Origin: Plasmodiophora brassicae
Lineage: Eukaryota
Direction: 5' to 3'
NCBI GenBank assembly: GCA_036867785.1
Contig: CP145421.1
Coordinates: 310,001 to 374,000 of the forward strand
DNA length: 64,000 bases
Part shown: positions 36,733 through 48,942 of the stretch, piece after piece
Layout of the letters: each line of letters opens with the position of its first letter
Numbering within the stretch: the stretch's first letter is position 1
Made by a program: the position numbers and the translations under genes
The notes under the pieces: generated by a model
Database searches by the model: none
Seen by the model: only the letters and a program-made list of their open reading frames with translations
What the model was told of the DNA's origin: nothing

Positions 36733-36986
36733 GTGTCGTGATCCAGTGGATCCGGCACCAAATCCCAATGCCGGGCGATTCGAGCGCCGAGCGCCGGGAG
36801 TTCCCAATGAACTACGAGAGCTTGCCGAGGACACTACGTGGTCTGGTAATTAACCTGAAGCCGCACAGGCAGACTGGGGCGACCGCCAAGTCGCTGCAGG
36901 CCTGCGCCTTTCTCCTACGTTGCCATAATGTGGCCTCAACGCATTGCACGCCCACCGCCTGTATTCGATCTGCGTACGTCAGGGTG
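36733..36986. repeat. Diverged, rearranged copy of 41338-41577 (first half direct, second half inverted)
   Basis: 36733-36848 resembles 41338-41453 directly. 36858-36986 resembles the reverse complement of 41452-41577 (shared GTAGGAGAAAGGCGCAGGCCTGCAGCGACTT). Confidence 0.85.
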
Positions 36987-39417
36987 CCCGTTTCCCGCCG
37001 CCGGACGTCGGTTTGGCCACATGAGACGCCCTCTCCGCCTGCACGTACGATTCCGCAAAGTCGTGCAGTGTCCGGAAGAGGGCGTCCCACGTGGCCTTTC
37101 CTGGCGTCCCGCCGTACCAGGCCGACACACGGCCGACGTCAGCCAGCAACGCGTCCACCTGCTCCATCAACGCTGTGGCTTGGCGCGCCTTAGCCGTCAG
37201 GAACGCCGACATGACGTCCTTGAACCTGTCCGTGCCGGATCGGGCGTCGTCGAACGCGGCGACCTGCGCCTCGACGCTCTTCATCTGACGGACCAGGTCC
37301 CGGCACTCGGCGACGCACGCGTCGCTGTCGACCCGTGACGCCTGTTTCGAACACGGCCACAGTCAGCGAATCAGCGACAGGCCAGCGCGCAGGCGGGCAG
37401 GCGATTACGCGCGCCAAACTGGCCAACTGCTGCGGGAAGGTGCCCACGCCGGGCGAGTGCTGCTGCACGTGCCGAACGATCAGGTGCAGGAGACTGCTGC
37501 CCGAGTTGTCCGTTGCCTTCACCGACACCAGCTGCCGGAGGGCGGCCAGCCGGAAACCATAGGCTTGCCCTTTCGGCGTGCCGCCGTTCAGCACGTTGCC
37601 GACCGCCAGGATCAGGCGCAGCAGCTGATGGAACCGGTCCGCGTGTTCCACGTCGTGCAATGCGGATTGCACCACGTCGACCTTGCGATGGGCCTGACAC
37701 CGACGCGTTAGCAACCGTCCAGCAATATTCGGGGGCAACGCGACGACACGGCACACACCTCCTGGTACAGGTCGTCGTAGCTCTGCTGGAACGCCCAGGC
37801 ACCGACGCGGTCGGCCACGTTCGGCACGTCTGAAAGGGCGAGGAACAGCTGCTCGGTCGCTCCCAGCATGTGGGTGTCGCCTTCGTACGAGCGGACCTGG
37901 ACGGCGATAGGTCAGCGACGACGTCGTCTGGCTGCTGACCGGACAACGGCCAGATCATATGCTGAATGGCCACCCACCATGGCAATTTCTGGCTGCGTTG
38001 GGCAGCATTTCCATAGGGTGTCGACCTGGTGCGCGCTCAGACGTGCCTGGTCCAGGTGCAGGACGGCGTCGCGAATCTCGCCGGGGCTCATCTTGAACCG
38101 TGCTATACGTACGGAACGTGCCGTCAGCTGGTTCGTCAGCGACGACCGGTGGGGCACCCGGGTACATACCGAGAGACAGTTCCACGTTATGCGACCGTTT
38201 CGAATCGATGAGCTTGACGCGTTCAGCTCGTACTGGAGCCGACTGTCCCGATACCTGAGTCGACCAGATCCGAAACGCATCGACATGCGCACCGACCTTG
38301 GGCTTCTGATCCGAAGCGAGCGAAGATGGTTTCTGGGCGACCGTGGCGAACGCTTGCTGGAACAGCGCCGTGTCCAGCTCAGGATCCGAATTGTTCAGCT
38401 TCATCCAGATCGTGTCCGCGATCTCGTGGACGGGAATCGTTGTCCTGACACCCGTGCCGGTCACCTGGTGACGGGCGATGGTACTAGCGCGCACATCGCT
38501 TACCAGTGAAGGTTCCTCAACTGGCGCTTTGGCAGCTCGGGCTTCGCCTTCAGTCCAGGAGGAAGCGGGCGCCGAACCGCACCGCATGCGGGAGCTGGTG
38601 GTGGCGGTGGCGGCGGGCACCCTACTCGCAGCCTGTGTCATGCATTGGCGCAGCGAGCAGTCCGCTGACGAACCTGGGGCGCATGGCGGTCCAGCAGGCG
38701 GTGGTGGTGGCGGAGGAGGGGGAGGAGGAGGAGGCACTCCGGGTACGGCTGCTGACGCCGACACAGTGGGGGGCGCTGCCGGCGCTGGCGGGGCCGGGGG
38801 TGCTGGCGGCGCTGGCGGGGCCGGGGGTGCTGGCGGCGCTGGCGGGGCCGGGGGCGCTGCCGGCACAGGAGGGCAGAGGGGCGCAGGCGGCACAGGAGGG
38901 CAGAGGGGCGCAGGCGGCACAGGAGGGCAGAGGGGCGCAGGCGGCGCTGCAGGTGCAGCCGGCACAGGAGGGCAGAGGGGCGCAGGCGGCACTCCTGCTC
39001 CAGGACTGGTGACCGGTGCCGGGGTAGGCGCTGCAGGAGCGGCCCTGTCAGCAGCACCACCATCAGTGACGGCCCCACAAGTGCATGAGAACTCGGCAAC
39101 GAACGGTGGGGGCGGACGAGGAGGCAGACTGCCGGCTGTCGGGGTCGCAGGCGCACGTGCGACGCCGGCTTCGAGATCCTGAATTCGTCGGCGCAACTCG
39201 GCGTTCTGGTTGCCGCTGCGGTCAGCCGGGTCAGAACGGTGACACGTGCCGGGCGTACCTCTTGCGTTAGGCGCGACGCATCGACAGGGCCGGTGCACGG
39301 CTGCTGGCTGACCTCGCCCGTATGCTGCTGAGAATGAAGCTGTCGACGGGACGGCGCCGCACGAGACGGCCGCCGCCGCAGCAAGCTTGACCAGGGCGCG
39401 CACAACTGGTTGCCCAT
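36979..39417 (-). CDS. Formin (FH1-FH2) with short N-terminus MGNQLC
   Basis: Polyproline FH1. FH2 motifs LRNLHWTTIP..TIW, LIDSKRSHNVELSL, LILAVGNVLNGGTPKGQAYGFRL, KATDN..SLLHLIV, LFRTLHDFAESY. Confidence 0.9.
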
Positions 39418-40903
39418 CGGTTCCCAGACAACTTTGAAGAATAACGAATATCTCGGCCGATCTAGCTGTACTCACTTGGCACTGGACAGTGTGGCCGACG
39501 GTCCACAGTATGTCACGTTACACTCCCACACAGGCAGGCACGCGAGCCACAGTGAGGAAGGTGGGATCCCGGAGATGCATCCGAATAGCCGGCCCGAGTT
39601 GAACGAAGGTGGGACCCCTTGAAATTGTGGGGGGCCCGCAGGACCAGTACCGTTCAGCGGGTATTCAAGAAGGCCATGTGCGGTCTGCATCTGGATCGCT
39701 GGCAACGATCATACCCGATCCAGTACTCAGGGACGGCTGTGGTCGTTGACAGCCGTTCCGATGCGGATCGTCAGCAACCTCCAGATCGAAACGGACCGGA
39801 AACGGTATTTCTCCCATGGACCATGATTGCCGGAAACGTGCTCGAACGTGCTGTTCGCTCCGCCGATCAGGGCTAGGGGGAGGTGGTTGCCCTGCCCGAC
39901 AGGCGCACGTCTTGCAGTTCAGTGCGTACGTAAAGGGGTTCGGCACTTCTGACCCGGCGGGTGTCCACACCACTGTCAGGAGCTGCACCACTGTCAGGAG
40001 CTGCACCACTGTCAGGAGCTGCACCACTGTCAGGAGCTGCACCACTGTCAGGAGCTGCACCACTGTCAGGAGCTGCACCACTGTCAGGAGCTGCACCACT
40101 GTCAGGAGCTGCACCACTGTCAGGAGCTGCACCATTGTCAGGAGCTGCAGTTCGCTATCCGCCATGGCCGGTCCGGGGTCCTCGTTGTCCTCGTCGTCGT
40201 CGTCGTCATCGTCGTCGGCCACACCGATGCTGCCGCCTGTGCCTGCTCTGGCTGGCGGCAGTTGTCGTCGTCGTTGTCGCCCCGCGTTCATTGGCGGCCC
40301 GCCTGAGCCGTCCCCTGGTGCAGAGCGTGCTGGCACTGCTGCTGTCGTACCGCCCGCGGCGGCGGCGGTCCAGTTGGCGTTATCGCCGTCGTTGCCCGCG
40401 ATATTGGTGCTGCACGTGTTCTGTCGTACTTGTCGGTTCGCGTGTGCTGACTAATTATGTCATGCCGCTCCGTTACAGGTCCATCCGTTGCCATCGTCAG
40501 CGCAAGAACGCTCGCCGGCGTCGTCGTCACCGGCGGTCCCGTTCTCGCCGTTGCCCTCATCGGCATCGTTGCCCGGTGCGCCCTCTCCGCTGACGTCGCC
40601 ATTGCCGGTGCCTCGTGTCCCTCGGCATCAGCAACAGCGCCGCCCATCGCGATCGGACCAGCTGGTCCGGTTCGGCGACCTGCTCTTTGCACGGGCGCCG
40701 GCGCTTTCGAAGCCCGTCTTTCGACAATCAACCGAGTCCGCTCCGGCACTGTCATCGTCATCGGGCGCGACAGAACCTGTTCAGGCGTCGTTGCCGGCGG
40801 TCACTGCGTTCATGGAATCACTGCTGACCAAGGTCGCTGCGCTGAACGAGAAGATGGAGCGCGTCGCGTCCACCCTCCAGGTGGTCGCCGGTACCGGCAG
40901 CCT
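37934..40903. repeat. Right arm of large inverted duplication (partner 33739-36524)
   Basis: Reverse complement of the left arm, with a 208-bp extra segment and a different minisatellite copy number. Confidence 0.95.
39968..40148. repeat. 18-bp minisatellite x10 (reverse complement of 34285-34499)
   Basis: TGTCAGGAGCTGCACCAC tandem copies. Confidence 0.97.
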
Positions 40904-41616
40904 ACCTGGGCAGCGCGCTGCCGCTCATGCGCCCGATATCGTCGGCGCCGGTCGCGCCAGGGGTTGCTGGACGTCGTCGTCGTCTGATACGGTCGAGGCA
41001 GCAGCAGAAAGAGCAGCAGCAGCGACGGCGTCTTCGTCAGGCACCCGTGGCGGGCGCGATAAGGTCACCGATGGGGTATTGCACCCATCGTGGCCGGCCT
41101 GGAAAGCGGCGGCTTACGCCTTCGTGAACGACCTGGACAAGGTCGACCTGACCGGCTGCGGGGAGACCCGTCGCCGGCGTGTCGCGGATGCCTGTTTCTG
41201 GCGGGACCTGCTGTTAACGCAGCGGTTTGCGCCGGACGGCAGGCTGCCGCCGCCGACGTTACCGCCGAGGCTCGCCGGCGGTTCGACTCTGCCCGAATGG
41301 ACCCGGCAGGTGAATATGTACTTTCAACGGGCGGAAGGTGTCGCGATCCGATGGATCCGGCGCCAAACCCCAAAGCCGGGCGATTCGGGCGCGAAGCGCC
41401 GGAAGTTCACCACGAACTTCCAGAGCTTGCGGAGGACGGTACGTGGTCTGGTACCCTGACGCAGAGCGAATACAGCGGTGGTCGTGCGGTGCGTTGAGGA
41501 CACGTCATGGCAGCGTAGGAGAAAGGCGCAGGCCTGCAGCGACTTCGCGGTCGTCGCAGTCTGCCCTGTGCGGCTTCCGGGTCCGCACGCGACAGAGCAT
41601 CTTCGCCGACGGCTAG
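40164..41616 (+). CDS. Hypothetical protein (low-complexity N-terminus, short coiled coil, Trp-rich basic C-terminal region), possibly element-associated
   Basis: ATG 40164, an intron near 40426-40478, the long exon ORF 40488-41459 and a likely intron near 41439-41476. Fragments recur at 33739-34267 and 36733-36986. Confidence 0.5.
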
Positions 41617-41741
41617 TCTGATCCCTGAACGGGGGCAAGAGTTCTCTCTGCGTCATTCTTGAGGCGATGCGGGACAGCAGTACAAGCGGCGCACCAGGAC
41701 TATGCTGATTTCACGAAGTCTAGGCTCTCCACATAGTAACG

Positions 41742-43396
41742 CTACAATACATCAACAGTAACATGAATTTGAAGTGATTTGATGAAGCATTCTTGCCATC
41801 TCTCACTAGAAGGTTTTCACTCTCTTCTTGACCTGTGTAGACCCTCAGTGAACCTCTCCCTGTGCTCATGGGAATTGATCCAGCGACTCACCATATTGGG
41901 ATGCCTACCTGATCCGGAAAGGCCATGGCACATAAAGTCGCTGGGTTTGCCCTCAGTGAACTTGACGGGAGCAAACGGGTCGCCTTTGAAGGTTCCAATG
42001 CCCCTCGCTGGACTCACAGCCAAATGACCAGACGCGGCGTGATCGTAAGCAACGGCAACGGTCGGATCAATCAGGATATTGCCATGCCCTGCCACCATGC
42101 CGAGGTAAGAACCACCGCAGTTACTCATGGCATTCCAATGGACGGCATACCTGCATTCCACATGTCTTTGCAGAACAATGTGCACTCCGAGGCCCGGCAC
42201 CCAGACGACTCTGACCGGAAACGGATGCCTTCGTAGAAGGGAGCCGCTTTGACGGCGATCATCCCATTCCAACAGCAGAACCTGTCGGTATCATTGGGAC
42301 CAACAAAACTAACAAGCCGCAGAGGTGGACGTATTTGCTTACACTGGAACGGGCTCAGACCGGAGGAGACGATCACGATCGTGCGTTCGACCAAAGAAGG
42401 GGTACATCGACGACAGGAAGTTGCCAGCCAAGTCAAGAGCAACCCACGTGTCGTAGAACGTGATCTCGGTGGAATACGAATGGTCCGGATCGAACTCGAA
42501 GTCCATCCCACATGCCATATCCGTCTCTGGGAGCGATACTCTTTGCGCCAGGCGAATCAAGTCCTCGGCGCACATGAACTGAATAAACCAATGTGAAACG
42601 GTGTCGTCGCAAGATCTGCGTGTCGGCCTACGTACCACATCATTCACGAAAAGCACGTAGTCAGCCTTGAACCCGGATTGCTTGGACTGGAACAAGGGCT
42701 CAAGCGCCTTGTTCCGTACACGAGCCAGGAAGTCGATCCGGTGTTCGTGAAGCAGACGACGCAGGTCGGACGTCACGATTGAATTGGACACGTTCTTGGC
42801 ATCAAGGACATCGGCGAACATGTAAAGCCACTCTTTGGACAGGTCCGTCGAGCCCGACTCGAATATGCTGACGTAGACGCGTGACGGGTCCCCGATTATG
42901 TCCACGACTCTGCGTCCAAGCCGGTTAGTACGCAGGGTTCATACCGCCCCAGAGCATCCGGATGACCTCTTGAGCTGGTGCAACAGGTGCGGAAGGGTCT
43001 TTTCGTTGTCGTGCACGTTTGCCGCTATGAAGTAATTGCCAGGCGGGATCCGCTGCGTAACATTCGTGTCGTACAAGATCGACTTGTAGCCGCACACGTC
43101 CGGTACTCGCCAGATCATCGGAGGTGTCCTCAGCAGCGTATGCCAGACTAGCAAGCCTGAGACCACTAAACCTGCAATCAGGTTGGAATCGCGCGCGCCG
43201 CAGCAGCGTCTCCGGACGTACAAATCGATGCAAACGTTACGATCCAGAGCGGCGAGATCAGTCGGCGGGACGCGTTCCGCACATTGGCGAACAGGTTCGG
43301 GGACGGATCCGGCGACCTGGACCCATTCCGGCGTTTGGTCAGCAAGGACGCGTACCCCGACGCCATCGGCGACGTGGTCGATGGGCCCAGCATCAT
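41742..43396 (-). CDS. Alpha-1,3-mannosyltransferase, CAP59/CMT1 family (GT69), type II membrane protein
   Basis: YFIAANVHDNE, VYVSIFESGSTD, RIDFLARVRNKALEPL, VLFVNDV, DMACGMDF, FYDTWVALD, CCWNGM, CRASEC. The 3' end is approximate. Confidence 0.88.
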
Positions 43397-44146
43397 CCCG
43401 GACGAAACACAGGCACCCGTGCCCCCCTCCCCCGACGACAACTTACGTTTGTCGCCTATGGGAGGGACGCGCCCACTTACGGAGTTCCCCCCAATTCTGC
43501 CACCGACGTCAGGAGCGAAAAACCGGCGACGGAACCGCGCCGCCCACCTGTCGTGCGGCATGGCGCAGCGGCGTTTCTGGGACGCACACTGTCGCACACA
43601 TCCGCGCCACCGTCACGCACGCCGTACTACCCGATACAGTTCCCCGTCGGCACATTTTTGGCAGCCGACGGGGCGAACGGGGCACGGTGCCCCACAGGCC
43701 GTCAGGCCCTGCCAGTCTGCCCAAATTATTTTTCACGTCCGACTGTCCGACGTCCGGGAACTCATCGTCGCATCGTGGCGACCGACGCGGGGCGGCCCCC
43801 CGGCGGGGAGACCTGAAATACAATGACCACCCCGATTGCGTGTGTTAGCTTGGAGCGCCGGTCGCGGTTGCACACGATGCTCAGGTAGCTGCTGCGGCAA
43901 GACCGTGTCTAGGTACTGTAGGTAGGTATAGAGCCGATCGGGCGGAGTGTGGCGGGCGAACGATGGGGTTGGAGGAGGAAGTCCGCGGAAATCCCCGTTG
44001 GCCACATCAGTCACACACACAGCGACACACACACACGCAGCCCCGAATTGTCGAATCGGATCCCGGCCACCGGCACACCGGGGGAGGGGGTTGCACCGCG
44101 TGGTGTCGGCCTGCCTACACAACAGATTGACGGCCGGCCACGAAGC

Positions 44147-45993
44147 ATGACGCTGAACGCGGCGCCGCCGTCGTCGTCCAACTGGCCGCACCCGCTCGAC
44201 GCCGTGTTCGACAATGGCAAACGCCGGCGGAAGCAGTACTTCCCCGAAGGCCTGCACGGCATGTACATGCTGAGCAAGACGGAGATCTCGGACGACATCG
44301 ACCTGATCGAGGCCGACGCCGACCGCACGGCGTTCGGCCACGCTAGGCGCAGGGCGTGCCGCGTCAATTCGTCCAAGGACGAGATGGACGTCGATCAGGA
44401 ATTCGGGTACGTTTCGGCGCATTGCAACGACTACGGCCGGGTACTGATCCCGTGCAGCGAGGCGGGCAGTACCGCCGGCACCCTGGCGGCGAACAAGGCT
44501 ACGAAACGCCAGCGCCTTCTCGATCGCTTCCTGGATGAGCACGGCATTCGCGACGACGCCCGGATCGAGCTCACCAAGGTATGCTGTGCGGACGTGGACC
44601 CTGCAATGAATGCGCTGAGGTGCATCGTGTCCAATAGGTACGACGGGCACTTGACGATACGCGCGACCAGATTCAATCGTTCCGCGATGGCATCGCGCGC
44701 CTGGAGCGGCAGCTGGGTACGCTTGGCATTATCCGGGTATTCAGCTGGGTCTGAGCCTGTGTCCCCGCAGCACAATGCAAGGTTGAAGAAGCGGCGCTGA
44801 AGGCGATGTTCGAGGAACGCCAGGCGGAGCAGCGGAAGACGGCCGCGGCGCTAGAGGAGGCGCGTCAGCAGTTCGAGGCGAAGGTGGCGGCCAGTGATAG
44901 CGATTTAGCGGACGCGGCTGCCCAGGTCCAGGTCCTGGAGCGCTTTGAGAAGGCCGCGCTCGCCAAGGACGCCAAGATTCGCGGCCTGGAGCTGGACATT
45001 GAGGCCCTGAAACGGGAACTGGCGGTCAACCAGGAAGGCAGGGGATTGAGGTCATCGGCTGCCGACGAATCGGATGACGTTATCGAGGTCGAAGAAGCGT
45101 CCGGGTCCGTCGGTGGCGCGCACCACAAGCCACCCACGCCGTCGGGCGTCGAAGCGTTCATCCACCAGTACACGAAGGAGCTCCACGATCTGACCGGCCG
45201 GCTGAAGGCGTCGTCCAATCGCATCCTCGAGTTGGAGCACGAGAAGTCGGACCAAGAGGGTCAGCTTCGTCTCGCCCGCGAACAGCTGACCGCAGTCGAG
45301 GAGGCCGCTAAAGATGCAACCGCGAAGAGCGCCAGCCAGGCCGCTGAGATCGAGTCGCTGCAGGAGGCCGTCTCTCGATCCGCCGCGGAACAGGAGAGCG
45401 TCAAGAAGATGGTTGAATCGCTGACGTACGACATTGAGATGGGCGCGGAGAAGATGTCGTCCTACATGATGGTTGTCGAGGCCGCCGAGCAACGCGCGCT
45501 GCGCGCCGAGGAGCGCCTGCATGAGGTTTTCCGCAAGGCCGCCGTCTTCAAGAGCGGCAACATTCAGCTGCAGAACAAGCTGGACCGACTCGTGACCGAC
45601 CATGCGGAACTGAAGGCGGCCAAGGACGCCCTGGTCGCCGAGCTGGCTGCTCTACGAGGCTCGGCGCTTGCCAGTCCCGCTGCCGGCCAGGAAGGAACCA
45701 CCGCCCACGACGACGCCGACTACGCCCTGAAGCGAAGCCTGCAGAACGACCTGCGCAACGTCCAGCTGGACATGGAGAGGTTATCCGACGAGCGCGATCT
45801 GGACGCAATGGAAGACGACGAGCAGGGGGCGGCAACAGCGACACCGTTAGCTGACGACGAGGTCTCGAACGCCGCGACAGATGGTGGCGTCATGTCCCTT
45901 GATGCCAGTGCGGCGGGTAACGCTGGGCACGGCAAGCCACACAGGAATGGTAGAGACGCGGCATCGCGCAGGCGCTCGTCGCGTGCCACCTGA
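44147..45993 (+). CDS. Long coiled-coil hypothetical protein (multi-exon)
   Basis: Short N-terminal exons splice into the 395-aa E/A/K-rich heptad ORF 44806-45993. Confidence 0.7.
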
Positions 45994-46599
45994 ACGCCGC
46001 TGTCCCGCGCATCCTTCCATTTCAGTTGCTATATAATGAATCCTGCTTGCGACGTTGCGTCCGATGTGAACGCGCGTGCGTCCCCTCAGTAGTAAACCGT
46101 GTGAGGACTTGTGGACGCTGCGGTCTTCCCACCAATAGCGCGCAGAATGATGCTTGCAGAAGCTTCGGCGTACATGTATGTAGGTCGTGAAGCCGCCCGA
46201 GACATTGGCAATCCCGGTGGAGATGAGCTCAGGCAGGAGGCAAATGCCCGGTCCTGTTCCGATCGGGAGGGAACCTCGCGATCCGATGCAGGATCGGCAC
46301 AAGCTGGAATAGGAGAGGGCAGAGCGACGGCAGACGCGCGTTCAGGAAGCCCGTCCAGCCAGGGGTGTGACCGCCCCGATCAGGTCGCCAACCAGGTCGT
46401 CGCCTACGGGCGGGCAGCGATGCCAGCGTTGCCAGGTGACGACATAGCAGAGGATGGACGCCTGAGGATGACGACGCCGCACAAGGCGTTGCTGTCAGTT
46501 GACGTCAACGCGTCCCTGGACGCACGCGTCTTCCGATTCAGTATAACCCAATTGTATTCCGAGATTAAATGTCCAGATCGAAGGCCAGCTCGGAAACGC

Positions 46600-48673
46600 C
46601 TAACCTACTCGGCCAATGGCCTGTTCGGCAAAGTATTTGACGTCTTGGTCAGGGTCATCCTGCCAGGCAATACGAGGTCATGCCGCCGTTCAGACACAGT
46701 CGGGGCAGACGGCATTGCGAACCTTGAGTTTGACGAGTGCAGGCATTATTTGGTCGCGCTTGATGGCCGTTTCAAACGAAGGCCCGATCGCCCCTAGATG
46801 CCGGGCAGCGCTAATTCGAACTGCGTCCATTCAATCAGCAGCGCAACGCGGACGACGTGATCGTGGGCAAAGTACCATTCGCGGTGGAGTCCTTCGCCGC
46901 TGCTGTGAGGATCCCCAGTAAGGTCGTGGACGAGAACGACGGCTTGAACAGTGGCGCGCATTCCACAACGATCTGGTGCGGAACGAGCCGGTGCAGGTAA
47001 TTGGTTCTGGATTCGAAGTGCTTGATAATTTCAGGGATCAGCTTGTTCTACACAGAGGGGCGACATGCTCAGCGAAACTTGAACGTCCCATACGCGACTC
47101 AGACACACACACACACCGACCTGACCCCATTCCGCGCCGAAGTTGGCAACCAGGAGCTTTATCTGAGTCGCCGCTGCTGTCCTGACCTGTGCAACCGTAT
47201 CGCACAGCAACCGCATGAGGATCTCATGGTACTTCTGCTCATAAACCGTAAGTCCCGCCGGCTTGGTCAGTACGGCAATCTTGCTGGCAACACCAAGCCG
47301 GATTCGCCACTGATCGTCGGATGTCAGAGCGAGGCGGACGACACGAGCCAGCGTGCGGCGCCGACCTTGGCGTCTGTCGACAGCTTTGCAATCGCCGGCG
47401 CCAACGTCGTTGCAGAATCGCTTCCCATGATAGGCGCGAGCAACTGCAGGTTCTCCAGGACGTTGCACCGGACGTCGTACGACTCGTCCTGCAGCATGGA
47501 CAGCATGATGGGCAGAAGCGTCGTCTGGGCCGCCTTCGGCTCGATCGTCGCCGCCAACGGCGCGACGATCTTCGCGAATGCGAACTTCGTCTCCTCGACG
47601 GCATCGCTGGCCAACGCTTTCGCCAGGGGCAGAATATGCTGTGTGGTCTGCGCCTGCCCAGCAATGCTCGCCACGTCGATCAGGCTCTCCACCATGGTCG
47701 TCCGGACGCCACTCTCGGGATCCTGCAGCAGCTTCTCCACGATCGCCATCAGCGACTCGCCGATGATGGCCGGCGACGCCGCCTTGCAGATCGCCGCGTA
47801 ATTCTTCGCCAGGTGCTTCCGGACGCGCCAGCTGCTGTCCGCGGCCGCCTCCTCGACCAGTGGGACCGACAGGTCCCTGTTGTTCGCCTGGTCGACGGTA
47901 TTGGCGATCTCCAGCGCCGAATCGACAATCAGCTGCCGAACGCTGTCCTGATCCTCCTCGCACAGCGCCCGCAGCGACTGGATCAGGTCGGCACGCAGGA
48001 ACGTGGCGCCGGCCAGGCCGCACAGAGGCGGCAGCGCCTGGAACGCCGCCTTCCGCACCATGGGCGTCTCGTCTATGCAGAGCTTGGCGGCGATGGCGCG
48101 CAGCGACGATTTGCCCTGGTCGGACACGACCCGCTTGTAGATCGGGATGATGAGCTGGGCGGACGAGCACCGACCCGAGAACCAGGCCGCGTTCGACAGG
48201 CGATCGCAGACCGGGATCAGCAATTCGGCGACCTGCGCTGGCGCCAACACTTCAGTGATGCGGGACGCGCCCCGCACCGCCGAATCGCGGATGCACGTTT
48301 CGTCGGCCTGCATTAACGCCTCGAGCATGGGCAGGACGCTGGCGGGTGGGACCTGAATCTCGGGGGAGCATAACTCGCCGAGCTGTTCCGCCAGGACCGC
48401 CAGGGCCTCGTCGGAGACGACCCGGTCGAACGTCTCCTGCAGGGGCGACGCGCCGGCGCACTCGGCGCCGCTGGCGGCGGCGGCCGCGTTGTCGGACGCG
48501 ATGTCCTCTGCGTTGCGCAGCGTGGCGTACTGGGCGAGCATGGGCAGCAGGTCGGTGCGGGCCCGGGCCGGGCCCAGGACCAGCGCGATCGTCTGCAGGC
48601 GCCGCAGGGACCCGAGCACGACCTGGATGTCGTCCGAGTACAGGTCCGTGCTCAGCAGCTTCAGCGGATCCAT
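46600..48673 (-). CDS. PPP2R1A: Protein phosphatase 2A scaffold subunit A (HEAT repeats)
   Basis: LGPARARTDLLP, WFSGRCSS, DETPMVRKAA, DQDSVRQL, DSSWRVR, KWRIRL, NYLHR, DPDQDVKYFAEQA. Confidence 0.92.
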
Positions 48674-48942
48674 CGTCGCCGACCGCCCGTCGACCGACGA
48701 CGACGACGACGCTGACTGGCGGCGGGCGCGGACCAGGTCACAGTGCTCCCTTCACCACCCTCACACACCTCTGCACAGCGCCGCGACCGCCCCAAAAATG
48801 ATCGGCCACGTTCTTTTTTTGAACCGCAGCGCGCGGCTCCTCAAGTCCATCCGGCGGAAGCCTTCCGGCGGAAATACGCCGCGGGGGGCGGGGTGCACCT
48901 CGCCAACGGACCGCTATTGGACTGATCAATGATCGTGCAGTC

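Noticed and set aside
46021-46797. ORF 46111-46797 and a short CxxC-containing frame
   Set aside because: Low-complexity, partly antisense to the PP2A-A 3' exons, with no supporting motif.
47001-48316. Long overlapping or antisense ORFs here and over other GC-rich genes (e.g. 16245-17345, 56865-57815, 61731-62780)
   Set aside because: These are Arg/Pro-rich shadow frames expected from high GC3 over identified genes.
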